A stretch of DNA of 64,000 nt. Source: an uncultured bacterium. GTDB lineage: Bacteria > Krumholzibacteriota > Krumholzibacteriia > LZORAL124-64-63. Positions 27,657 to 37,272 of this stretch are shown one piece after another. Positions within the stretch are counted from its first letter, which is position 1. The number at the start of each line of letters is the position of its first letter. The notes under the pieces were generated by a model that saw only the letters and a program-made list of their open reading frames with translations, was not told the DNA's origin and made no database searches. The translations under genes and the position numbers were made by a program. The stretch covers positions 416,001 through 480,000 of the forward strand of contig CAVSGO010000003.1 in NCBI GenBank assembly GCA_963727525.1, read 5' to 3'.

Positions 27657-28897
27657 GTGAGGTCTGCGTTGTCGGCGCGAGACCGCGCGTACCTGTACAT
27701 GCCGGACGGGGGAGTGACGCGCGGGCACCCGGCCGCGCTTGCCGCCGAGAGCGCCGCCTACTGCAATAGCACCGCCACCTTCCTGAAATTCCAGGGCAAG
27801 GGTAGTAAGTTCCTTTTCAATGGCACCTACGTCTGGATTCACACGCTCGACGATGGCGTGATGCCGATGCATCCGATGAAGTACAAGCCGAATGGCAAGA
27901 GCATCGTCGGCTTGAAGGACAAGAAGGGCAAGCGCTTCTTCTCGACGATGAATGCGCTGGTGAAGGACAAGGGCGCCGGCTGGGTCGAATATTACTGGCC
28001 CATGCCGGGCTGCGACCAGATCGTCCACAAGGTGTCGTATGTCCGTTGCTGCAAGAGCGCCGATGGGATCAATCTCGTCGTTGGTTGCGGCCTCTACAAG
28101 TTCGACGAGTCCACGGGCCTCATCGCCACCACGATGGACGAGCTCGAGAGCCAGCAAGCTGTCAAGCAGCTCGAAGGCGAGGATCTGTCGCCGGTCGAGC
28201 TGGAGATGCTCAACCTGCTGCGGGACTGCGAGATCCTTTCCCTGCAGCTCCAGTCGCTCCAGCAGAAGTACTCGTCGACCCTGAAGAACGATGAGTGGAT
28301 CAAGCGCTGCAAAGCCTCCGCCAATCGCTCGACACGTTTCCGAATGATATCGACCAGTCGTTGACTCTCGGGGAGCGCGAAGCAGATTTACGCCTGCGTC
28401 TCGATGAGACGGGACGCGCGATCATCGTCGCCGCCCAGTCGGCCCTGGACGCGGCCGCCGCGTCGATCGCGGAACAGCGGATCACGGCGCAGAAGGCCAA
28501 GCAAACCGCCGTGGCGGGCATCGCGGCATTCCTGCTGGTGGCGTGGCTCATCATGCAATCGATCACGGGCGGCCTGGAGAGCGTCATCGACGATCTCGGC
28601 GATTTCTCCCGTGAAGTCGCGGGATCCGCGCGCCAGGTCTCGGATGCGAGCAACGATCAGACGATCGAGGCGGCCAGCACTGTGTTCGCGCAGGTCACCC
28701 GGAATGCGGCTCGCGCTGTCAAGAAATTGGACCAAGAAATTGGAGTGTTGACAGCACCACGCTTCATTCGTTACGATCGCTTCGGCTCGGGAATACCCCC
28801 TCGCCTCGTCACGGAGGTCGCGCGAACGAACTGGCTAACGCCGATGATGACCCGAACGTCACATCGACAGCCTGCGGGCGCGCCGCGGATTTCTTGA
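27657..28897 (+). pseudogene. Degraded Cache-domain / methyl-accepting chemotaxis protein remnants
   Basis: Cache segment YVWIH...HP...GLKDKKGKRF...GWVEYYWP...KVSYV. A second frame holds a TM helix and MCP-like EVAGSARQVSDAS. No intact signalling domain. Confidence 0.55.
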
Positions 28898-28937
28898 ACG
28901 AGGCTGGTGCCAGTCACCGATTCGAGGGGGTATTCCC

Positions 28938-30494
28938 ATGTCCGTATCCGTCTGTCCACTTCCTGCCTGGTCACGCCTGCTGGGTGCGTCGCTCGCCCTG
29001 CTTTTGATTCCGGCCTTGCTCGGCGCGAACGCTCGCGCGGCGACGCCGATTCCCGAGGCCGAGTACCTCATCATCACGCCCGCGGCCTTCGTGGCCGACT
29101 TCCAGCGCCTCGCCGATCATCGCGCTGCCGAAGGACTGACCGCCTCCGTCGTCGCATACGAGGACGCCGTGGCGCAGCCCCAGGCACACGGCGATGCCGT
29201 GGAAGACCTGCGCACGTTTCTCATCGCCGCACACGCGTCCGGCGGCGCACGCTACGTACTGCTCGGCGGTGACGTGGCGCATATCCCGACCGCGCAGGCC
29301 GTGTACGGGACGGTCTTCGTGTACGAGGCGATGACCGATCAGTACTACGCCTGTCTCGATGGCGCGTGGGACATCGATGGCAACGGCATCTTCGACGATT
29401 TCGCTTCCGACGTGGACATCGTGCCCGACGTGGCCCTGGGTCGCGTGCCGGTATCGAGCGTGCAGCAGGTCAGGGCCTACGTCGACAAGGTGCTGGCCTA
29501 CGACGCCAGTGCGACCGAACCGTACCGCCGTCGGGCGTTGTTCCTCGATGCCGTGCTGTCGCCCTATCCGTGGCACCCGGGTATGACGGTCCAGCACGAC
29601 GCGGCGGCCTGGGCGGATGATATGCTCGTGCCCGCATTCGAGACGGCTACCGTACCGTGCGAGGTGGATCCGCTCTACCAGAACCACGAGGCCTACGACG
29701 GTGCCGGGGCGCTGACACGGGATAGCGCGCTGGCAGCTCTCGAAAGCGGCGACTTCGGCTTCGTTCACGCGGCTGGCCACAGCGACGCGAGCGGCTGGGA
29801 TTGCGGCGATGCGCTCTTGACGGCCAACGACGTCGTTGGCCAGCGCTTGCCGCAGCCGCCCTACTTTCTCGAGGCAGGGCTCGAGGGGGAGTCCTGCGCC
29901 GTGGACGCGAACTCCGTGGGCGTGGCGCTGATCCTGCAACCCGAAGGCGGTGCCGTCGCGGCTCTCGGGCCGAGCGGAATCGCCTACATCACCTATGGGG
30001 AGTTTGAAGTCGAGGACTTCTGGTCACGCGCGCTCGCACCCGGCGCCCGGGTCGGGAGCGTGCGTACGGAGGTCGTCGTCGATCTATCCGGATCCATCTC
30101 GTCGTCTGCGTTTCGCTGGATGATGGCGACGTGGACCCTGCTCGGCGATCCCGCACTGTGTCTCGCGCCGCAAGCGCGAGTCACCGCCGACGTGCTGCCG
30201 ATCGCGAAGCATACGGTACGCCTCGTCGGCTGTGCGCCGAATCCGTTCAATCCTCTCACCGAGATCGGGTTCTCCGTGCAGGGGAGCGAACCGGTTGCCG
30301 TGACGCTGGAGGTCTTCGATCTTGCGGGACACCGGATCGCAACGCTCACGCAGGGGCCGTTTGCGCCCGGTGACCACGCCGTGACCTGGAATGGTCGCGA
30401 TCGACGCGGTGAAGCGGCGCAGGCGGGAGTCTATCTCGCGCGGCTGACCGACGGCGCGACGAGCGACGTGATCAAACTCACACTCGTGAAGTGA
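28938..30494 (+). CDS. C25 (gingipain-like) cysteine peptidase with C-terminal sorting domain
   Basis: YLIITP, YVLLGGD, TDQYYACLDG, VALGRVP, AGHS, ESC and TLLGDP motifs. PNPFNP tail. Confidence 0.85.
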   Translation: MSVSVCPLPAWSRLLGASLALLLIPALLGANARAATPIPEAEYLIITPAAFVADFQRLADHRAAEGLTASVVAYEDAVAQPQAHGDAVEDLRTFLIAAHASGGARYVLLGGDVAHIPTAQAVYGTVFVYEAMTDQYYACLDGAWDIDGNGIFDDFASDVDIVPDVALGRVPVSSVQQVRAYVDKVLAYDASATEPYRRRALFLDAVLSPYPWHPGMTVQHDAAAWADDMLVPAFETATVPCEVDPLYQNHEAYDGAGALTRDSALAALESGDFGFVHAAGHSDASGWDCGDALLTANDVVGQRLPQPPYFLEAGLEGESCAVDANSVGVALILQPEGGAVAALGPSGIAYITYGEFEVEDFWSRALAPGARVGSVRTEVVVDLSGSISSSAFRWMMATWTLLGDPALCLAPQARVTADVLPIAKHTVRLVGCAPNPFNPLTEIGFSVQGSEPVAVTLEVFDLAGHRIATLTQGPFAPGDHAVTWNGRDRRGEAAQAGVYLARLTDGATSDVIKLTLVK

Positions 30495-30639
30495 TATGGA
30501 ATGGCTTCCTGCTCGATGATGATGCGCCCGCGTGCGAATTTCGCACGCGGGCGCGCTCTGAATCCTGCAGCCACGCCATCCGTCAGCAGTCGCAACCGTA
30601 TCGAGATCCGGTGAGTGCCACCGGCTCACGGTACGGACG

Positions 30640-32673
30640 TCATTTGACGAGCACCATCCGCCGCGAGAGGCTCGCTCCGGCGGCGTCGATCCGGTAGAGA
30701 TACACGCCCGCGGATACCGCAGCGCCGCGCGCATCGCGGCCATCCCAGGTCACGGTGTACTCGCTGGCCGCGCGGGTGTCATCCACCAGCGTGCGCACGA
30801 GGCGACCGGCCAGGTCGTAGACGTTGAGCGCCACGTGTCCCGCCTGCGGGACGGCGAAGCGGATCTGCGTGCTCGGGTTGAACGGATTTGGATGATTCTG
30901 TAGCAGCGCGAACGGCCGCTCCGCGAGGTCCGGCCCGTCGCCGATACCGGTGACGCCGTTCATCCAGTTTTCGAGCATGAAGTCGTAGTTCGTGTACGAC
31001 GCGCTCACGTCATAGCGATACGGCCGGCCCGCCACGTAGACGAAGGTGCCGTCGCCGTCCTTGTGCAGGCGGAATCCGGCGAGCATCGTGGGCTCGGTCG
31101 CCTCGCGGAAGATCGGAACGGCTTCCGACGTCGCGCCCAGGGTCACGAAATGCACCAGCGAGTGGCCTGCCGCCGCCGGCATGTTCACGAGATCGGGGTC
31201 CAGCGCCACGAGTTGCGTCACGTTGCGGTCGGCGGACACCGCCGTGATCCCGCAGTAGTTGCGCAGCGCCGAGTTCAAGAAATTCGCGCCCAGACGGGTG
31301 GCCAGGATCACGTTGCCGCCGTCGCCCAGGTACGACAGGATCTGGTTGCCATCATAGTAGTCGAGGTCGCCGCTGTAGTTGTTGCCCACCCAGATCACGG
31401 TGTCGTATAGCCGCAGCACGGCGTCGGGCACCTTGTGACGCTGCTTGACCACCTGTTGCACGCTGGCGTTCGCCAGGTAGTCGTAACCCTGATCTCCGAA
31501 GAGGTCCCACACGTCCACCGCGTGGGCGCCGAACACCGCCGAACTGGCGTAGAAGGTCGCCATCTCGGCAGGATAGGTGGCGTACTCGATGCCATTCACC
31601 ACGAGGACGTTGGCCTGGTTGTTCACCGCTTCGAGGAAGTCGCTTCGGGTCATGGTATGGCTGTTGGTGCCGTCGCTCACCGTCAAGGTCACCGTGTAGA
31701 TGCCCGCCGTCGTGAACGTCCAGGTCGGCGTGGGATCGGTGGAATCGACGTTGCCGTCGTTGTCGAAGTCCCATGCCCACGAGGTGATCGGCCCCGAGCT
31801 CGACGGCGTCGACAGATCCTCGAACGACACCAGGAACGGCACCGCGCCGACGGTGTCCGCGGTGCGGAAAGCCGCGTGGACCGCGTCGGTGAGTACGGGC
31901 GTGACCCGCGTCGACTGATACGCCGTGTGCGACGTCGGGTCCTGCACGAAGGCAAGCAAGCTCACATCGTTGAAGTCGATGAGCGACTGCGCCTGGGCGC
32001 TCGGGATGTAGACCTTGTCTATCGTCACCGAGCCGCCCGCGGCGGGCACGGCGAACGTCGTGCCGCCTCCGAAGTCGAGCAGCTTGCGGCACTCGTCGGG
32101 AAACTCGCGCTCGCCATTGGTGCCCGGCGGGCTCGCGAAACTCACCAGGTCTTCCAGCAAGCCGAGTTGGAGCGTCACCTCGGCCGGCAGCACGCTGCTG
32201 TCGGTGGGATCGCGAGTGATCGTCACGCTCGCCTCGACCACGCCACCCGTGTAGATCTGCGCCTCGATGTCGATGGCGAACGGCGCGTAGCCGGTATTGA
32301 AGGCGTCCATCACGGCGTTCGTGAAATTGGTCTGGTCCACCGCGGTGTTGCCAGAGATGTTGAACAGCGCGCCGTCGATCTCCACCCAGGGCACCGCGTC
32401 GACCGCGTAGTAGGCCCGGCGCGCCATGTTGTCGGCCGCGTTCAGGAGATACATCGGGTCGTTCGCACCCGGCCAGTTGACGTTGTATACGATGTGGTTG
32501 AGATAGCCATCGCCTTCCAGACCGGCGACCGTGGCCCGGTACCAGGCCGTGTTCATTGCGGCACAAGGTGCGCACGATGCGTTCGTGAAGCGCTCGACGA
32601 GCGGAACCTTGGAGTAGGCGAAGGCCGACGCGGCGACGGCCAGCGTCAGCATGACCAGCCATAGCTTCTTCAT
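30640..32673 (-). CDS. Omp28-like (CxxC) + PKD domain secreted protein with C-terminal sorting domain
   Basis: AAGGAG RBS and signal peptide. LVERFTNASCAPC, WPGANDPMY, PKD motif SWAWDFDNDG. QNHPNPFNP tail. Confidence 0.82.
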   Translation of the reverse strand: MKKLWLVMLTLAVAASAFAYSKVPLVERFTNASCAPCAAMNTAWYRATVAGLEGDGYLNHIVYNVNWPGANDPMYLLNAADNMARRAYYAVDAVPWVEIDGALFNISGNTAVDQTNFTNAVMDAFNTGYAPFAIDIEAQIYTGGVVEASVTITRDPTDSSVLPAEVTLQLGLLEDLVSFASPPGTNGEREFPDECRKLLDFGGGTTFAVPAAGGSVTIDKVYIPSAQAQSLIDFNDVSLLAFVQDPTSHTAYQSTRVTPVLTDAVHAAFRTADTVGAVPFLVSFEDLSTPSSSGPITSWAWDFDNDGNVDSTDPTPTWTFTTAGIYTVTLTVSDGTNSHTMTRSDFLEAVNNQANVLVVNGIEYATYPAEMATFYASSAVFGAHAVDVWDLFGDQGYDYLANASVQQVVKQRHKVPDAVLRLYDTVIWVGNNYSGDLDYYDGNQILSYLGDGGNVILATRLGANFLNSALRNYCGITAVSADRNVTQLVALDPDLVNMPAAAGHSLVHFVTLGATSEAVPIFREATEPTMLAGFRLHKDGDGTFVYVAGRPYRYDVSASYTNYDFMLENWMNGVTGIGDGPDLAERPFALLQNHPNPFNPSTQIRFAVPQAGHVALNVYDLAGRLVRTLVDDTRAASEYTVTWDGRDARGAAVSAGVYLYRIDAAGASLSRRMVLVK

Positions 32674-32843
32674 CTTGCGGGCTCCTTCGCGATCAGGGGT
32701 ATCTGCAAATGTGAATTCACTGTTGGGGCCGAGGCCCGCGGGTCGGGCCGCCCGAAGGCTCCGAAGCCTAGCACATAGCGGAGGCGAACGGTACGGAATC
32801 GCGATCGGCCTGGGCACAATCTCCCACGCCTCGCGGGCCGGAT

Positions 32844-34382
32844 CTAGGGTTCCACCGTCACCGCGCCGCCATCGTTGCCGCTCTTGAACGAGTCGTCGCT
32901 CTCTTGCTTCGGTGCCACGGTCAGGTCGAACACGCGCTCGCGCACCACCCGGCGCAGCACGATGTCCAGCAGCGTGGCCTGGTGCGGGCGCAGCAAGCTC
33001 GCGTAGACCTCGGCGCTGGCCACCAGCTCGCACGACAGGTTGTGCACCAGGCCGTCGGTGTTGTGGGGCTCGATCACGAATCCCAGCTCTCCGATGCCGG
33101 GTGTTTCGGGGCGCAGCACCTTCTCGCCCTTGCGGTCGAACGGGTCGACGAGGGCCGACCCGCCCGCCAGGAGCCCGTGGTTGAGGAAGAACGTGAGTGT
33201 GCTGCGGTGGCGACGGTTGCACTGGCGGTCGGCGAGGAAGCCCTGAGGCAGGCGGTTGGGGTCGTGCCGGTCGCCGGTGAGCTTGAGGTCGAAGGCGGGG
33301 ACCACCTGACCCGTGTCGTCCTGCACGCGGACGATCACCATGGTGTGCGGATCATGGATGATGCGCAGGTCGGGCAGAAACGTGCGTGCATCCTTCTCCA
33401 CCTGCTCGTTCGTCACTGTTTGCTCGGTCTGTTCGGCGAACTCGCGGGCCACCTCGTTGTACTCGACCAGCGATGTCACCTGCAGGCAGCGCAGCACGGC
33501 CGTCACCGTGGGGTGGGGCTGATCGTCGTCCTTCACGCTGCGCAGGATGCCCATCCTGGCGCCCGAGTGCGACACGCCCGGCACGATGAGGAACGCGGTG
33601 GTCTGACGGTCGAGCTCGGCGGTCTTGTGGAAGCCGCCGGCCAGCAGATCGGGTCGGCGGCGGCTGATTGCGCCGTCCTTGAGCGTGGGCTCCACCTGCT
33701 CGAGTCGCAGGTAGTTCGCGTTGAGGTTGGCCGCGGCCGCGCGCACCACCCCGTCAGAGCCTACCTCGCCGGTGTACGAGTTCACGTGGTCGTAGAGCTT
33801 GTGATCGATCGACTGCCCGGTGAGCACGAAATGGAACACGGGCCGCCTGGTGCGGGCCGGATCGGCGTTCTCGAGCCAGCGCCGGTTCAGCTCCCACGAC
33901 TCGGGACTGCCCAGCTCGAGCCAGTTGAGCACGCCCTCGCCAGGCTCCACACCCTGCAGCAGCGTCTTGAGCCGACTCAGTCGGCTCTTGCCGAGCTGGG
34001 CCAGGGCCGATCCGAAATTCGCCGGCGCCAGCATGATGAGGTGGGAGAGTGGGCACGCGTCGAGCCGCTTCGGCTGCACATAGTAGCGGTCGAGCCAGTC
34101 GCGCACCACGGGACCGCCCGTGGAGTGGGTGATGCAAGCGAACCGCCGGCCTGCCGCGATCTCAGCGCCGAGGGCGCGCTGCAGCGCGGCCTCGAAGGCG
34201 CGCGTGATGTCGCGTAGCTGCACCTCGTCCTGGAAGCTGACATACTTGCCCAGCCAGATGTGCTTGATGTCGAGGCGGTCGGCTGCCTGGCGCCGGAGCC
34301 GCTGTGGCAGGGCTCCGTACGTGCTGGTGCTGGTGACACTCCAGCCGTGCACGAAGACGACGATCAGGCGCTGGTCGGGCAT
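32844..34382 (-). CDS. Alpha/beta hydrolase (lipase/phospholipase-like)
   Basis: VFVHGWS, ITHSTGG, LAPANFGS and SDGVV motifs. No signal peptide. Confidence 0.75.
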   Translation of the reverse strand: MPDQRLIVVFVHGWSVTSTSTYGALPQRLRRQAADRLDIKHIWLGKYVSFQDEVQLRDITRAFEAALQRALGAEIAAGRRFACITHSTGGPVVRDWLDRYYVQPKRLDACPLSHLIMLAPANFGSALAQLGKSRLSRLKTLLQGVEPGEGVLNWLELGSPESWELNRRWLENADPARTRRPVFHFVLTGQSIDHKLYDHVNSYTGEVGSDGVVRAAAANLNANYLRLEQVEPTLKDGAISRRRPDLLAGGFHKTAELDRQTTAFLIVPGVSHSGARMGILRSVKDDDQPHPTVTAVLRCLQVTSLVEYNEVAREFAEQTEQTVTNEQVEKDARTFLPDLRIIHDPHTMVIVRVQDDTGQVVPAFDLKLTGDRHDPNRLPQGFLADRQCNRRHRSTLTFFLNHGLLAGGSALVDPFDRKGEKVLRPETPGIGELGFVIEPHNTDGLVHNLSCELVASAEVYASLLRPHQATLLDIVLRRVVRERVFDLTVAPKQESDDSFKSGNDGGAVTVEP

Positions 34383-34533
34383 GGGGCGACCTCCCGGGCC
34401 GGACAGGGGCCAAACCAAGACCATTGAAGGCTGATTATGCGCGCCACGAGGCGGCCGTCAAGGTCCGCCTCTCGCGGTTGCGCCCGGCTGTGGTACAATC
34501 GCCACCGGGCTTTGAACCGGGGAGGTCTTGGCG

Positions 34534-36498
34534 ATGCGTACGGCGACGATGGCGATCCTGACGATCCTGCTGGCGGCGGCCGCTGCCCACGCCCAGAACT
34601 GGCAGGCTGACGACAGCGTCTTCAACCCCAGCGGCATCCCATCGCTGCCTTTCTCGCAACCGCGCCTGGCCGACCTCGACGCGGACGGCGACCTCGATCT
34701 CATCCTCGGCAGTCTCGACGAGCCGCCGCTGTATTTCGAGAACACGGGCACGCCCACGAGTCCGGCCTTCATGCGCGGCGACGACATCCTCGCCGGCATC
34801 ACGTCGCTCGACGCCGAGATGGCTGCGGTCGGTGATCTCGACGGTGATGGTGACCTCGATCTCGTGACCAGCGGTTTCAACGGCCTGGAGTACTTCCGCA
34901 ACACGGGCGATGCGCAGCATCCCGCCTTCGCGCATGTCGTCGGCTACTTTGCCGGCCTCGCAGTTGGTTCGATCCCCGTGCCCACCCTTGCCGACCTCGA
35001 CGCTGACGGCGATCTCGATCTGGTCGTGGGCCTGAGCGAGAATGGCGACGTGCTGTTCTATCCGAACGGCGGCACGCCCACCACGCCCCTGTTCTCGCAG
35101 GCCACGGCGTCGAACTGGTTCCACGTGGGCCTCTACGCGTATCCGTACCTCGCCGATCTCGACGGTGACTCCGACACCGATCTGCTCATCGGTCGTGACG
35201 CGCATGGCTTCGTCTACTATCGCAACGTGGGCGACGCGACGTCGTGGGTCTGGCAGAGCGCCGATGCCCTCTTCTCAGGTCTCGGCCTCGATACCTACTG
35301 GAACTCGCCCTGCCTGGAGGATCTCAACGGCGACGGCAAGCGCGACCTCGTCTATGGCACCGATTCCGGCCCGCTGCACTACCTCGTGAACACGGGCACC
35401 CTCGTCGCCCCGGTGTGGACCGCGAACACCACCCTCTTCGGCGGCGTGCTCGACGTGGGCGGCGCCAGCTCCCCCTTCTTCTGCGACTTCGACGGCGATG
35501 GTGACCTCGACCTGGTGAGCGGCAGTCAGCTCGGCGACATCAAGTACTACGAGAATACCGGAACCGCGACATCACCGGCCTGGCATGCCGACTCGGCCTA
35601 CTTCGCGAGCATCGACCACTCGATATACTCGGCCATCACCCTGGGCGACGTGGACGGCGACGGCCTGCTCGACGCCGTGGTGGGCGACCTCTCCGGTCAT
35701 CTGTACTTCCACCCCAACACGGGCAGCGGCTTCGGCTTCGACAGTTCCGTGTTCTCTGCCGTATCGCTCGGCGGCTGGTCGGTACCCCGCTTCGTCGACA
35801 TGGACGGCGACGGCGACCTCGACCTCGTGGCCGGCAACGAGGCCGGCCAGCTCACCTATCTACGGAACCAGGGCACTCCGACCGTACCCGACTGGGTGGT
35901 CCTTGCCGGCTACTTCGGCGGCATCGACGTGGGCTCGAACTGCTCACCCACTCTCGCTGACTACGATGGCGACGGCGACATCGATCTCATGGCCGGCAAC
36001 ATCTCCCATCAGGTGCGCTACTACCGTCACCAGGGCCTGAACTGGATCGAGGACTCGAGCGTGGTGGCCGGCATCACCGCGGGCCAGAACGCGGCGCCGG
36101 CGCTGGCCGACCTCGACGGCGACGGCGACCTCGACCTCGCCGTCGGCAACTACACCGGCACCTTCAACTACTACCGCAATACCAGCCCACCCACCGCTAC
36201 GCCGGACACGCCGCCGGTGGAGAACCAGCCCTACCTCGTTGCCTACCCGAACCCGTTCAACCCGACGACGACGCTGCGCTTCATCGTGCTGCACCCCGGC
36301 ACGGTGGCGCTGGACATCTACGACGTCGCCGGGCGGCACGTGCGCACGCTGATGGCGGGGATGCGGGATGCGGGCGAGGTCGCGGTGCGCTGGGACGGCA
36401 CGGACGATGCCGGCTCCACGGTGGCCTCGGCGGTGTATTTTGCGCGGTTGCAAGCCGACCGCACGGCACTCACGGCTCGGCTCGTGCTCGTGCGGTAG
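34534..36498 (+). CDS. FG-GAP/VCBS repeat protein with C-terminal sorting domain
   Basis: About 10 PxxxDxDGDGDLDL repeats. Signal peptide. YPNPFNP tail. Confidence 0.88.
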   Translation: MRTATMAILTILLAAAAAHAQNWQADDSVFNPSGIPSLPFSQPRLADLDADGDLDLILGSLDEPPLYFENTGTPTSPAFMRGDDILAGITSLDAEMAAVGDLDGDGDLDLVTSGFNGLEYFRNTGDAQHPAFAHVVGYFAGLAVGSIPVPTLADLDADGDLDLVVGLSENGDVLFYPNGGTPTTPLFSQATASNWFHVGLYAYPYLADLDGDSDTDLLIGRDAHGFVYYRNVGDATSWVWQSADALFSGLGLDTYWNSPCLEDLNGDGKRDLVYGTDSGPLHYLVNTGTLVAPVWTANTTLFGGVLDVGGASSPFFCDFDGDGDLDLVSGSQLGDIKYYENTGTATSPAWHADSAYFASIDHSIYSAITLGDVDGDGLLDAVVGDLSGHLYFHPNTGSGFGFDSSVFSAVSLGGWSVPRFVDMDGDGDLDLVAGNEAGQLTYLRNQGTPTVPDWVVLAGYFGGIDVGSNCSPTLADYDGDGDIDLMAGNISHQVRYYRHQGLNWIEDSSVVAGITAGQNAAPALADLDGDGDLDLAVGNYTGTFNYYRNTSPPTATPDTPPVENQPYLVAYPNPFNPTTTLRFIVLHPGTVALDIYDVAGRHVRTLMAGMRDAGEVAVRWDGTDDAGSTVASAVYFARLQADRTALTARLVLVR

Positions 36499-36558
36499 GT
36501 CGGCGGCGCCACAGTCCGTATATTCATGCACGCCACGGATACCGGAAGGAGCATTGTG

Positions 36559-37233
36559 ATGCTACGCCGGGTCCAACGATTGCACGTGGTCGCCCTCTTG
36601 GCCGTGGTCCTGGGGAGTTGCTCGCCGCAGGCGTACAACGAAAGGTACCGTCTCGGCCTCGCCACACCCGACAAGCCCGAGTATTACAAAGGTTTGATCT
36701 TCGCGCGTCCCGGGATCGAGCTGTTCCGGCCCCGCAAGCGCTTGTGGCTCGACGATCTCGCATGGTACTATGCAAACGTCGATCGCTTCGCGAAAGTGTA
36801 CGGGATCAACTACGCCGACGTCCTTGCCAACCGTCTGAGCATGGACTCCATCATCCGCGCAATCGTCGAGGAACACGACGGAGCCGACCGTTACGGGTTC
36901 TTCCATCTCGGCTTTCACGTGCGCCGGGCGCGGATCCGCATCACCGGCCCCGGCGCCCTCATCATCACGTTCAAGAACGAGCATGGCGAGACGTTCGCGC
37001 AGCGCGACAAGGGCATCATGTTCACCGATGGAAAACATTCCTACACCTGGGCGATTGATTCGATCAATGGCCCGGTCGATCTCGACCCGTCGACGTCGGC
37101 CTGGGCCGTGCCGAACGCACCCCCGCAGCACGCCGTCGTCCGTTTCGACCGGTCCGTCCGCAGTATGGCGGTGGTGTCGGTGCGGGTCGATTCGACCCGC
37201 TGGATCGTCACGGCGGACCACGATTCCACGTGA
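36559..37233 (+). CDS. Hypothetical lipoprotein
   Basis: AAGGAG RBS and lipobox-like VLGSC. Confidence 0.55.
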   Translation: MLRRVQRLHVVALLAVVLGSCSPQAYNERYRLGLATPDKPEYYKGLIFARPGIELFRPRKRLWLDDLAWYYANVDRFAKVYGINYADVLANRLSMDSIIRAIVEEHDGADRYGFFHLGFHVRRARIRITGPGALIITFKNEHGETFAQRDKGIMFTDGKHSYTWAIDSINGPVDLDPSTSAWAVPNAPPQHAVVRFDRSVRSMAVVSVRVDSTRWIVTADHDST

Positions 37234-37272
37234 CGGCGGGTAGCGCGGGGTCACTTCCCGGTGCCGGCCCCA

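Noticed and set aside
34660-36150. Recurring gacctcgacggcgacggcgacctcgac DNA repeats as a possible CRISPR or DGR array
   Set aside because: They are degenerate in-frame codons of FG-GAP repeats. No cas or reverse transcriptase gene is present.
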